A stretch of DNA of 48,434 nt. It comes from a virus. Lineage: Duplodnaviria; Caudoviricetes. Positions 24,920 to 33,983 of the stretch are shown here, one piece after another. Each line of letters opens with the position of its first letter. The stretch's first letter is position 1. The notes below the pieces were generated by a model that had not been told where the DNA came from, did not search any database, and saw only the letters and a program-made list of their open reading frames with translations. Both the position numbers and the translations under genes were made by a program. The stretch lies in the IMG/VR virus record IMGVR_UViG_3300032259_000006, positions 1 to 48,434 of that record, one strand, 5' to 3'.

Positions 24920-25897
24920 GTGAAAAAGGCAACCCTCTACATGGCCGACCCGAGCGTGCTGGCCTCCATCGCCAGACTTATGATTACCATGTCCGGTTCG
25001 CGCACCGTCGACGAGCTGCGATACCGGCCCATTACCGGCCTCGAAAAGCTGGGGACGAAAGGCTGGAAAAGCCCATCGCTTGATGGCCGCCTCGCCATTG
25101 ATGCCGGTCAATCCGTGCTGCTGCACTACTGCATCGCCATGCGAGTACCGGCGAAGGAGCGAATCGAAGAGATCGACGCTTGCACGCCTGCCCTGCCTGC
25201 TGACGCCATCCGCGAGGACCGGGAGCGGCGCAAGGAAATGGTCTACATCGAAGCGGCCAAGACGGCGCCGATCAAGGTGACCGACGTGCCTGTCGCTATC
25301 GACTGCGTGAGGGGGCGCGTAGTTATTGGCGACGTATCGGCGGTGACCTGTGACACCGTGGCCTCTGCCTTGAGGGCGCTGTCTGCAATCAGCGACCCCC
25401 CGCACAGCAGCGGCCTTGGCCTTCGCCCCTACACTCCCTGCGACGAGGACATGCACAAACTTCTGCGGGATTTGTCGCTGGGGTTTTTCAACAGCGTGCG
25501 GACCATGCACTCAGATGTGGCTGACGACACCGCCCCCGAACCCGAAGATCGCTTCCGGCTGCGCACGCAGGTGGCAAGGCAGAGAAGCACCGTAACTGGC
25601 CGCCTTATCCCGGCAGGCGACAGCATCGTGCGCGGATGTGTCGAGGATGACGGCATGGTATTCCAATCGCTCGGCGTGAACTTCGGCGACTTTTCCTGTG
25701 ATCTGTTCGAGGACTGCACCGTCCGCGCGATCAAGTGGCACAAGGATCTTAATGATGAAGTTCTGGACGAGCACGCCGGCGACAACCATTCTCTCGCCAT
25801 CGCCGAAGCGACGCTGCACGCTGGCTGCCTGCTCTCCGTGTTTGGTGATCTGGAAGGCGCGCTGGAAGAAATCAGTGCGCAGGATGGCGACGGGTGA
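24920..25897 (+). CDS. rdgC: RdgC-like recombination-associated protein (divergent)
   Basis: 325 aa. Y.P..G......GW..P, ID...G.V.I..VS....D....ALR and the C-terminal helix follow the RdgC layout. AGGAG RBS. Confidence 0.6.
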   Translation: MKKATLYMADPSVLASIARLMITMSGSRTVDELRYRPITGLEKLGTKGWKSPSLDGRLAIDAGQSVLLHYCIAMRVPAKERIEEIDACTPALPADAIREDRERRKEMVYIEAAKTAPIKVTDVPVAIDCVRGRVVIGDVSAVTCDTVASALRALSAISDPPHSSGLGLRPYTPCDEDMHKLLRDLSLGFFNSVRTMHSDVADDTAPEPEDRFRLRTQVARQRSTVTGRLIPAGDSIVRGCVEDDGMVFQSLGVNFGDFSCDLFEDCTVRAIKWHKDLNDEVLDEHAGDNHSLAIAEATLHAGCLLSVFGDLEGALEEISAQDGDG

Positions 25898-26262
25898 GCG
25901 TCGACCACGAGGGCGGCAGGTTCGCCGGAGCTGCGTCACTGTACGCATACCAGCTAAAGGTTATGTGTGAAATTGGCAACATGCTGACCACCGTCGAGGC
26001 GCTGTACGCATACCAGCGGAGGGTTCTGCGCGACACCGGCATAAAGCCCACCACTGTGGCGCTGACCCGCCGAGAGCGCAGGGAGCTTGTCGGCGACCTG
26101 CGGCGTCACTTCCTTTTGCCGATGTGGGGCGGAAAAAAGGGTGTCCCGGTCGGCGCCAAGGTCTTAGAAATGATTGTCGTAGCAGCCCCGGAGCCTACCG
26201 AAACCGCGGAGCCGCAGGATCAAAGCGGCACCATCTCAGGGCCGGGTTACGACGCGCTGTAG
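25894..26262 (+). CDS. Hypothetical protein
   Basis: GTGA overlap; internal LYAYQ repeat. Confidence 0.55.
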   Translation: MSVDHEGGRFAGAASLYAYQLKVMCEIGNMLTTVEALYAYQRRVLRDTGIKPTTVALTRRERRELVGDLRRHFLLPMWGGKKGVPVGAKVLEMIVVAAPEPTETAEPQDQSGTISGPGYDAL

Positions 26263-26304
26263 GGCGCGAAAACTTGGCAACAATAACGCTTAAGAGGTCC
26301 ACTC

Positions 26305-26673
26305 ATGATCACGCAAAAAGAAGGCGCTCGGCACGCGCTGGAGGCCGTGGCCGGCGCCGCGGCGAGAGCAACCGCCGATGCCGATGCCAGCGCCGGCGCC
26401 GGACGGGATACTTCCGAGTTCGCGGGTATTCACCAGCACATCGGAGCGGCCTGCGCAATCTTTGCGTCAGGCCAGAACGACGCATCTTTGGAGCTGCACG
26501 GGCACTCAACGCTGGCCGTCGCGCTGGCAAGGGCGCTGGCCGCAATCTTGGCCTATGACTCGGCCCATGATACGGGCGCCGTGCGCGCGCTGACAGACCT
26601 GCTTTCTGACGAAATAACCGCCGGCACTCCGGCAGGTTCCACTACGGACTTTTTTGGGAGAATGTCACGATGA
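26305..26673 (+). CDS. Hypothetical protein
   Basis: GAGG RBS; Ala-rich. Confidence 0.6.
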   Translation: MITQKEGARHALEAVAGAAARATADADASAGAGRDTSEFAGIHQHIGAACAIFASGQNDASLELHGHSTLAVALARALAAILAYDSAHDTGAVRALTDLLSDEITAGTPAGSTTDFFGRMSR

Positions 26674-27224
26674 ACGTCAAGTCGATTTTGCTCATGGTCG
26701 CGGTTCTGCTTTGCGCGGCCTCTTTCCCGGCCGCTGCCGCGGAAGACTACAAGCGCTCAGACGAGCGTGAGGCCGAGGCCGCGCTGGTAGCGGTGGGCGT
26801 ACTTCTGGCCGGGCGTGCGTTGAATGTGGACGCAGGCACGCTCCACATCGGTTCGTGGCATAGCTGGCGCGGCAAGATGCGCAAGCAAGAGTTCAACCCC
26901 GGCGCCGGCCTTATCCTTGATATCAACGGGACTGCCCAGTATCGGATGGGCACGTATCTGAATTCTCACGGCCGGCAAACCGTTTATGCCGGTGGCGCCC
27001 TGTTACTCGGTGAGTTCTGGGGGCTGCGCATGCGCGGTATTGCCGGGCTAGCCAGCGGCTATCGCCACGCGCGAGGTATGCGGTCGGTTATCCCGATTGG
27101 CATGCTGGAGTTCTCCCATCCGCGCACAGGCGCCCGCGTCGGTATGTCGGCCGAGATCGATGAGGGCCGCGTCATGGGCGCGCTGCTTACCGTGTCCCTC
27201 GACTTTTGGAACGCCGGCAATTGA
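26670..27224 (+). CDS. Signal-peptide-bearing outer-membrane beta-barrel, PagP-like
   Basis: Sec signal ending AAA-E. SWH...EFNPGAGL...G.YLNSHGRQTVYAG...GLASGY, alternating beta strands and an aromatic C-terminus. Confidence 0.6.
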   Translation: MNVKSILLMVAVLLCAASFPAAAAEDYKRSDEREAEAALVAVGVLLAGRALNVDAGTLHIGSWHSWRGKMRKQEFNPGAGLILDINGTAQYRMGTYLNSHGRQTVYAGGALLLGEFWGLRMRGIAGLASGYRHARGMRSVIPIGMLEFSHPRTGARVGMSAEIDEGRVMGALLTVSLDFWNAGN

Positions 27225-27253
27225 AGTTCGTAAACAACTAGGAGTATCAACCA

Positions 27254-27817
27254 ATGAGCGCACAGCTTGAAGAATTACTCGCCATCACCGGACCGCTGGA
27301 CGGCGATGACGCGGCCTACCGGCTGGCCGCAGCAGAGGCCGCCCTTGCGGCCGCGAGCGCGCGGATCGCACAGCTTCGCAAGTCCGTTACCGCCGAAATG
27401 TCCGCCCTCTATGGCGAGCGCGCCGTGAAACACTTTGCCGATGCCGGGAAGCCGCACGGATCGCTGCAAATGTCCCTGCCCGGCAACCCCTTGCTGGCGA
27501 CCAAGGCGGAAAAATCCGTGACGTGGGACCAAGGCAAGCTGTTCGATGCGGCCAGCAAGTTCCCGGCGGCACGTTTTCGGGCAATTGCCACCATCAAGAT
27601 AACCATTCCGGAAACCAATTACGCCAAGTTGACTTCGGACGAGCGGGCGCTTATCGACGGTGCGCGCGAGGTTACCGTCAAGCCGGTCACGGTGTCGGCC
27701 ATTACACCGAAAGCGCCAAAGATCACCGCCGGCACGCCGGAGGTGCAGGCCGCCGTGGCGAGTATGATGGCGCCTGTCGTCGATGCCGTTGCCGGTATCT
27801 GGCAGCGGGAGGAATAA
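27254..27817 (+). CDS. Hypothetical protein heading the recombination module
   Basis: AGGAG RBS; K.V.WDQ.KL motif. Confidence 0.75.
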   Translation: MSAQLEELLAITGPLDGDDAAYRLAAAEAALAAASARIAQLRKSVTAEMSALYGERAVKHFADAGKPHGSLQMSLPGNPLLATKAEKSVTWDQGKLFDAASKFPAARFRAIATIKITIPETNYAKLTSDERALIDGAREVTVKPVTVSAITPKAPKITAGTPEVQAAVASMMAPVVDAVAGIWQREE

Positions 27818-27820
27818 GCA

Positions 27821-28678
27821 ATGCTCCAGATCACCACCGCCGCAGATCGGCAGCAGCAGCGGCGCCACGTCAAGACGCTGCTGCTTGGCGCCTCCGGGGT
27901 GGGCAAGACCACCTTGGCCACCACCCTGCCAGCAGATAGAACTGTTGTTCTGGATGCCGAGGCCGGCGACCTTGCTCTTGGGGAGTGGGGCGGTCAAGTA
28001 ATCAATCTGCGCCAGTCGGCCATTCTTAGCGGCGTAGACGGCTGGACAATGGCGCGCGACATGGCCTGCCTGATCGGCATGCCGGACCCTGCCGCTGAGC
28101 CGGGGCAGTTCTACTCGCAGGAGCACTTTGCGCATGCTCAGGCCGTCCACATGCCTCGCGAAAAGTTGATGACCGGAATTGAGCATGTGTTCTTCGACAG
28201 CCTTACGGTGCTATCAAGAACGTGCCTTGAATGGGCTGCGCGCCAGCCGGAGGCGTTCAACAAGCAGGGCAAGGCAGACCTGCGCGGCGCCTACGGATTG
28301 CTGGCGCGAGAGATGATCCGCTGGGTCACGCACATGCAGCACGCCCCCGGCATCGATGTTGTTATCGCTGCTATCCTCGACCCCGGCGGCGAGGACAATC
28401 CGAGCGCATGGGTGCCGCAGGTTGCTGGGCAGGCCACATCTCGCGCCATAAAGGGTATCTTTGATGAGGTCATTACGATGGCCGAGATCGATGACGGCGT
28501 AAACCCTAAGTATCGGGCACTGGTGACGGGCGAGCCGAACCCGTGGAACTACCCCGCAAAAGACCGATCCGGCTGCCTCGACATGCTGGAGCCTCCAGAC
28601 CTTTTCGCCATGATTCGGAAAATATCCGCATCACAGAGAAAAGACGTTATCCAAACGAAAATCCCCGGTGAACAATGA
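27821..28678 (+). CDS. AAA_24 / Sak4-like ATPase
   Basis: GASGVGKT, LDAEAG, FFDSLT, AYG.L, FDEV, AKDRSG.L. Confidence 0.9.
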   Translation: MLQITTAADRQQQRRHVKTLLLGASGVGKTTLATTLPADRTVVLDAEAGDLALGEWGGQVINLRQSAILSGVDGWTMARDMACLIGMPDPAAEPGQFYSQEHFAHAQAVHMPREKLMTGIEHVFFDSLTVLSRTCLEWAARQPEAFNKQGKADLRGAYGLLAREMIRWVTHMQHAPGIDVVIAAILDPGGEDNPSAWVPQVAGQATSRAIKGIFDEVITMAEIDDGVNPKYRALVTGEPNPWNYPAKDRSGCLDMLEPPDLFAMIRKISASQRKDVIQTKIPGEQ

Positions 28679-29643
28679 ACAATCAAGACTTTCTCGACTT
28701 CTCCACTGCGCCGACGCACCAGAACGTGGGCGGCGTTATCCCGAACGGAACGCTGGCCTTCGCAACCGTCGGCTTCTCGGACAATGCGCCTCGCGATCAG
28801 AACGGCAGCCCGCAGCCGACCAATTCACAATCGAGCGACAGCGCTTATCTTGACCTTACGTTCAAGATCTCCGCCGGCCCGCACAAAGACCGCGTGGTCT
28901 ATGACAAGTTCGGGGTGCGCGGTTCCGAGAAGTGGATCAACCAATCCCGCGCCGCTATCCGAGCCATGCTGGAGGTCGGCCGGTCGTCTCAGATTGGCGC
29001 CCCCGCGCCGCTTGAGGCGCTGCGCATCTCCGGCTATCACGAGATAGCTGGGCTGACCGTGGCCATCAAGATCAGCGTAGAAAGCGACACTGACCAACAT
29101 GGCCAGCCGGTTGAGCGAAACCGCGTCCGGGCGGTGCTGACGCCGAACCCCGACAGCCCTACAAGCCGTGACTGGGCACGCCTTATCGCCGGTGATACGG
29201 AAGCGCCCGTGCCGCCGCCGGCCGCAGCAGGACAGGGGCGGGCTGCCGCGCCGTTCGGGCAGCAGGCAGCAGCCCCGGCTGCACAGCAGCAATTCCAGTC
29301 CCCGGCACAACCGGCCAATGCCTCCCAGCCGTTTGGCGGCGCGCCGGCGCAGCAGCAGCAGCAGCAGCAGCAACCGGCACATGGCGGCTTCCAAGCGCCT
29401 CCGGCACAACAGCCGCAGACCGGCGGGTTCATTCCGGCGCAGCAGGGTGTCGCCGCACAGCAGGGTGCCGTCGCGCAGCAGGGCGCCGACACCTTGCCCA
29501 GCTTTCTGGCGCAACAGCCGGGCGCAAGCGCACGGCCCGGCTTCATGACGCCGGCGCAGCAGCCGCAGCAGCCGCAGCAGCCGCAGCAGCAGGCGCAGCA
29601 GCCGCAGCAGCAGCCGGGCATCGACGACGACATCCCCTTCTAA
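28675..29643 (+). CDS. Single-stranded DNA-binding protein
   Basis: Follows the Sak4-like gene. OB-like N-terminal domain, long Q/P/A linker and acidic tail DDDIPF. Confidence 0.8.
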   Translation: MNNQDFLDFSTAPTHQNVGGVIPNGTLAFATVGFSDNAPRDQNGSPQPTNSQSSDSAYLDLTFKISAGPHKDRVVYDKFGVRGSEKWINQSRAAIRAMLEVGRSSQIGAPAPLEALRISGYHEIAGLTVAIKISVESDTDQHGQPVERNRVRAVLTPNPDSPTSRDWARLIAGDTEAPVPPPAAAGQGRAAAPFGQQAAAPAAQQQFQSPAQPANASQPFGGAPAQQQQQQQQPAHGGFQAPPAQQPQTGGFIPAQQGVAAQQGAVAQQGADTLPSFLAQQPGASARPGFMTPAQQPQQPQQPQQQAQQPQQQPGIDDDIPF

Positions 29644-29697
29644 GGGCAACAACCGCCAATGCGCGGCGGCACCTAGTCGCCGCGCAGGGAGAAACCA

Positions 29698-29910
29698 ATG
29701 GATGACACTACGTTTTTCGGGCTGCCGGTTACGGTCAATGCCGCCGATCTGCTCGGCGGCGTTTTCGCCGTTCTCGCTCTCGTCGCCTTCCTCGGCTATG
29801 AGGCGCTGGACTATTTCAAAAACCGCAATGCCGACGGCAGCCCGCCAGAAGGCAACTATTTTTCACTGATCGTGGCCATGTTCAAGGGCCGCGAAAACAA
29901 AGAGGACTGA
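29698..29910 (+). CDS. Small membrane protein
   Basis: LLGGVFAVLALVAFLGY TM helix; GGGAG RBS. Confidence 0.65.
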   Translation: MDDTTFFGLPVTVNAADLLGGVFAVLALVAFLGYEALDYFKNRNADGSPPEGNYFSLIVAMFKGRENKED

Positions 29911-29914
29911 ACCA

Positions 29915-30133
29915 ATGAAAGATCGAATCCAAGTAGGCTTCCGCTGCACACCCGGCCTTCGCCAGCGCATGCGCGATGCCGCGGGAAAGCATGGCGTTCC
30001 GCTGAATGAGTGGATGCAGGGCGCGGTTATCGCGGCGCTGCATGAGCAGGCCAAGGCCGAGAAAAAGAAGGAGAGCTTGATCCGCCGAATCATCGGCTGG
30101 CTCGCCGCTGGAAGCCGTGGCGATGCGGCTTAG
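29915..30133 (+). CDS. Ribbon-helix-helix (Arc-like) regulator
   Basis: IQVGFRCTPGLRQRMRDAA...G.PLNEW. Confidence 0.65.
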   Translation: MKDRIQVGFRCTPGLRQRMRDAAGKHGVPLNEWMQGAVIAALHEQAKAEKKKESLIRRIIGWLAAGSRGDAA

Positions 30134-31778
30134 ACCGCGACAAGAGCAGTTCGTTGACGCCTGCGTGGGCGCCGTGCGGGAGCACGGCGACACGCTGGGG
30201 GTCGCGTCGACAGGCTTCGGCAAGTCCGTGGCCTTGGCCGCAATGGTGAAGGAGCTAACGCCACCGAAGGGCCGCGCCCTTGTCATTCAGCACCGCGAAG
30301 AATTGGTGGGACAGAACCGGGAGCGGCTTTACCAGTTCGACCCAAAGTGCTTATCGTCGGTGTTCGATGCTCGCGAAAAGTCATGGCGCGGCCGGGCAGT
30401 GTTCGGAATGGTGCAGTCTTTGGCGGGGAAGTTCGACAAAATTCCGCGAATCGATGTGCTGCTGATCGACGAAGCGCACCACGTCGCCGCGCCGACCTAC
30501 CTTGATCTTGTCAATGAGCTGCGCAGCCGCGAGACCCCGCCGCTGATTGTCGGCGTCACTGCAACGCCGGCGCGCGGCGACCGGAAGGGCTTGGGCGATG
30601 TATTCAGCAACGTCGCCGACCATGTGGAGATCGCCGAGCTGGTGCGGTCTGGAAACCTTGTTCGGCCGCGCAGCTACACTATCGATGTGGGGATACAAGA
30701 CGAACTGAACCATGCCGCCGCAGACATGCAAGCCGTGGCGCGCATCATGGATAAGCAGTTGCTCAACAGCGCTGTTGTCGAGCATTGGGAGAAGATGGCG
30801 AGGGGGCGCGTGACTATCGCGTTCACGTCCACGGTGGCGCACGCCGAACACCTGTGCGAAGAATTCAGATCGGCCGGCCACCGCGCCGAAGTGATTCATG
30901 GGAAGCTGCCAACAAAAGACCGCCGCCGACTACTGGCCGCCCTGAACAATCAGGAAATCGATGTGATGCTCAACGTCGGCGTGCTGACGGAAGGGTTCGA
31001 CTCACAGATTGTTTCCTGCGTTCTGCTGCTACGGCAATTCTCATGCGCAACCATGATGACCCAAATGATCGGCCGCGGGCTACGGACGGTCGACCCCGCT
31101 GCTTATCCGGGCATCGAAAAGACCGATTGCGTGGTGATCGACTTTGGCACATCGCTGCTGATCCACGGCACGCTTGAAATGGAAGTCGAGCTGTCCAAGC
31201 CGCGGCGCAACACCGACCCGAGCAAGATCCCGTCAAAGGTCTGCCCGAAGTGCAAAAGCAAGGTGCCGCTCGGATCTAGAATCTGCGCAATCTGCAACTA
31301 CGAATTCAAGATCGAACCGCCCGCTGCTGGCGATGTTCTGAAAGATTTCGGGCTGTCCGAGATGGAGCTGATCGAGCGGTCGCCGTTCCGCTGGGAACAC
31401 TTCTGGCAGGGCGTCATGTCGGCGTGCGCTACCATCGGCGCTTGGGCCGTCGTGGTCGCCTACCGCGGGAAATGGTTCGCCATCACCAGTAAGACGCGCG
31501 AAAGCGGCCGCGGGCAGGATATCGCCCTCGCCGCCGTCGGCGATCAGCTTGTCGCGATAGCTGCGGCCGACGATCACATGCGCGCCCACGGAGACCGTGG
31601 CCAAGCGCGCAAGTCGAAGACGTGGTTGACCGCTCCCGCCACCGTCAAGCAGTTGACGATGCTGAGCATGAACCCCGTCACCACTTACGGAATGACGAAA
31701 TACCGCGCAAGCTGCCTGCTGGCGTGGCAGTTCAACCGCGTCAAGATACGGTCGATTCTTGAGGGTGCAAAACAGTGA
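30123..31778 (+). CDS. Superfamily 2 DEAH helicase with Zn ribbon
   Basis: STGFGKS, DEAHH, TATP, VLTEGFD, QMIGRGLR, CPKC..CAIC. Confidence 0.95.
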   Translation: MRLRPRQEQFVDACVGAVREHGDTLGVASTGFGKSVALAAMVKELTPPKGRALVIQHREELVGQNRERLYQFDPKCLSSVFDAREKSWRGRAVFGMVQSLAGKFDKIPRIDVLLIDEAHHVAAPTYLDLVNELRSRETPPLIVGVTATPARGDRKGLGDVFSNVADHVEIAELVRSGNLVRPRSYTIDVGIQDELNHAAADMQAVARIMDKQLLNSAVVEHWEKMARGRVTIAFTSTVAHAEHLCEEFRSAGHRAEVIHGKLPTKDRRRLLAALNNQEIDVMLNVGVLTEGFDSQIVSCVLLLRQFSCATMMTQMIGRGLRTVDPAAYPGIEKTDCVVIDFGTSLLIHGTLEMEVELSKPRRNTDPSKIPSKVCPKCKSKVPLGSRICAICNYEFKIEPPAAGDVLKDFGLSEMELIERSPFRWEHFWQGVMSACATIGAWAVVVAYRGKWFAITSKTRESGRGQDIALAAVGDQLVAIAAADDHMRAHGDRGQARKSKTWLTAPATVKQLTMLSMNPVTTYGMTKYRASCLLAWQFNRVKIRSILEGAKQ

Positions 31779-31993
31779 GGGCGCCAGTAGCTAGGCTACG
31801 CAGGCAAAAGTCGCATTGCTCAGGGTGCGGCAAGCTGTATCCAGCCTTCTTCCTGCCCGACGAGGGCGGGCCGCTGTGCGGCGCATGCTGGCGAAAAACC
31901 AGCCACTACGCCGAGCTGTCGGCGCACCACTACCACGAAACTTTAATGGAGGCGATGGGCGATGGACTTCAAACGGCCGAGCAGGCAGGTTGA
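31775..31993 (+). CDS. Small Zn-finger protein
   Basis: CSGC...LCGAC; GTGA overlap. Confidence 0.55.
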   Translation: MRAPVARLRRQKSHCSGCGKLYPAFFLPDEGGPLCGACWRKTSHYAELSAHHYHETLMEAMGDGLQTAEQAG

Positions 31994-32819
31994 GGTGGTG
32001 ACGCCCGGCCCCGATGGCGCGCTCAACTTTGCGCCATCGGAGAAAGAGCGAATTGCGCGCCGGCTCAACTCTCGAATTGATGCCGCGCTACAGGCGGAGG
32101 TCGAGAAAGAGAAGGTCCGCGGCTACCTTGGAGGGTCGCGCTTGGGACTGGAGTGCGACCGTCGGCTGGCCTTCGAGTATCAGTTCCAAGCGGAAGCCCA
32201 TCGGCGCCAAAGGCTCGGCGAGTCATTGCCAACAAAGTTCCCCGGAAGACTAATCCGCCGCTTCCGTATGGGGAACTGGTGTGAAGAAGAGGTCGCGCAA
32301 TGGCTGTTGATGGCCGGGGTTGCGCTTGATACCGTCGACAAGGACGGCAAGCAATTCGGCTGGTCGACCTACTACAGCGAAGCCGCCGGGCGAGACATCA
32401 TCGCAGGGCACATCGACGGCATCATCTGCGATGACGCTGGCATCGGATTCCCTACGCCCTGCCTCTGGGAAAACAAGGTGATGAAGGCTTCGATCTGGCG
32501 CGCCTTCGTCAAGCATGGGCTGGCCGAAACGCAGCCCGTTTACTATGGGCAGGTGCAGGTTTACATGGCCTATCAGTCACTTGCCGATGGCGTTGACTAT
32601 GAGAACACGCTATTCACCGCGATGAACGCCGACACCAGCGAGCTGGCGGTAGAGGTGGTGCCGTACAATGCGCGGGCTGCGCAGGCAGCGAGTGATCGCG
32701 GCGTCAGGGTGGTCGAGGCTAGGTCTCCGGCAGACTTGGCACGGATCGCCACAAGCCGCGACTCGTTCGCCTGCAAATTCTGCGACTTCAAAGATGACTG
32801 CTGGAGCATGCCTCAGTGA
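31962..32819 (+). CDS. Cas4-like PD-(D/E)XK exonuclease
   Basis: LG.S.LG.EC.R, GHIDG, LWENK, Y..QVQ.YM, CKFCDF...C. Confidence 0.9.
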   Translation: MDFKRPSRQVEVVTPGPDGALNFAPSEKERIARRLNSRIDAALQAEVEKEKVRGYLGGSRLGLECDRRLAFEYQFQAEAHRRQRLGESLPTKFPGRLIRRFRMGNWCEEEVAQWLLMAGVALDTVDKDGKQFGWSTYYSEAAGRDIIAGHIDGIICDDAGIGFPTPCLWENKVMKASIWRAFVKHGLAETQPVYYGQVQVYMAYQSLADGVDYENTLFTAMNADTSELAVEVVPYNARAAQAASDRGVRVVEARSPADLARIATSRDSFACKFCDFKDDCWSMPQ

Positions 32820-33097
32820 AACGAAAGAAACGCCACCATCTCCGCAAGGGCCAGCGATTCGACTACGGCGGCCAACGACTGACGTTGCCGCAGGTAGCAC
32901 TGGAGATAACATGCTGCGAACGGTCGCTTGCCGCCTTCATCAAGATGAAACTCAAGCGCGGCAGCGATCCGCAGGGGGCAATGAATCAAGCGATTATGAT
33001 CCGCCGCGGCGGCAACTACATCGCCGACTTCATCGAGGCGGAAACCGCGTCGATCAAAGACGCGCCGAAAACAATCGCAGGGTGGGCCGTAATATGA
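32816..33097 (+). CDS. Hypothetical basic protein
   Basis: GTGA and ATGA overlaps at the two ends. Confidence 0.6.
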   Translation: MKRKKRHHLRKGQRFDYGGQRLTLPQVALEITCCERSLAAFIKMKLKRGSDPQGAMNQAIMIRRGGNYIADFIEAETASIKDAPKTIAGWAVI

Positions 33098-33858
33098 AAC
33101 TGATCGCAATCCACGGGAAGGCCGGTACCGGGAAAGATACCGTCGCAAAGATGGCCGCCGAGTACATCGGGGAGCCGGTGGCACGCATCGCGTTCGCCGA
33201 CCCTGTGCGGCAGCTTGCCGGTGCGCTGGTGCCTGCTGAAATCCTCACCAGCCGCGAAACGAAAGAGGAACCGCTGCCGAAAGGAGTCGCCTCCATGCTG
33301 CGAGACGCGAGATATGTAGGCACCCGCCTTGCGCCGATATTTATCTCCATCTTCCACCCACGCGCCAGCGAGCGGCCATTGGCCATCGACTGGAACGAAG
33401 TCATTCCGTGGCTGGGCCATGCCGGGGCGCGCAATGGGAGCTTGACGTGGGCAGACGCGCTTGAGTCACTGGCCTCCACCATTTCAGCCGCCGCATGGTT
33501 TGAGCACTTGTCGCCGCGGCGGCTGATGCAATTGATCGGTACGGAGTGGGGCCGCGAGAAAGTCGGCGTCAATATCTGGCCAATGGTTGCGCACGACACG
33601 CTGCGCGCGCTGGATGGGCACGTCAACGCGGCCATCATCACCGATGTTCGGCACCAGAATGAGGCCAAGTTCGCGGACTGGATCGGCGCCGATGTGTGGA
33701 GCGTCCGGGGGAAGGAAAGCACCGTCAAGGGCGCGGCCGAAGGGCATGCCTCCGAGGCCGGCGTCACGCTCGCCCGCGGGCATATCGTAATCAACAACAC
33801 TGGCACCCTAGACGATCTTCGGAGCGTCGTGGAAGACGCCATCGAGTCCAAGCCCTGA
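33094..33858 (+). CDS. Deoxynucleoside monophosphate kinase
   Basis: GKAGTGKDT, FADP, PRRLMQLIGTEWGR, ITDVR..NE, HASE, INNTGTL. Confidence 0.9.
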   Translation: MKLIAIHGKAGTGKDTVAKMAAEYIGEPVARIAFADPVRQLAGALVPAEILTSRETKEEPLPKGVASMLRDARYVGTRLAPIFISIFHPRASERPLAIDWNEVIPWLGHAGARNGSLTWADALESLASTISAAAWFEHLSPRRLMQLIGTEWGREKVGVNIWPMVAHDTLRALDGHVNAAIITDVRHQNEAKFADWIGADVWSVRGKESTVKGAAEGHASEAGVTLARGHIVINNTGTLDDLRSVVEDAIESKP

Positions 33859-33875
33859 CCGCCACAAGGACCACT

Positions 33876-33983
33876 ATGCAGACCATCAAGACCACGGCCT
33901 TCCCAAGTGCAGCCATGAAGATGGCCGGCCACGCCCGCACCAAGATCGGGCGTGGCGCCGGACAGAAGGAAACGACGACATGA
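33876..33983 (+). CDS. 35-aa peptide upstream of primase
   Basis: AAGGA RBS; MQTIKTTAFPS...; its stop overlaps the primase ATG. Confidence 0.45.
   Translation: MQTIKTTAFPSAAMKMAGHARTKIGRGAGQKETTT

Noticed and set aside
29350-29613. CAG/CCG tandem repeats as a CRISPR or contingency locus
   Set aside because: They simply encode the Gln/Pro linker of the SSB and have no repeat-spacer structure.
31962-32819. Cas4-like nuclease as part of a CRISPR-Cas system
   Set aside because: No array or other cas genes are present; this nuclease is a standard part of Sak4-SSB-helicase modules.
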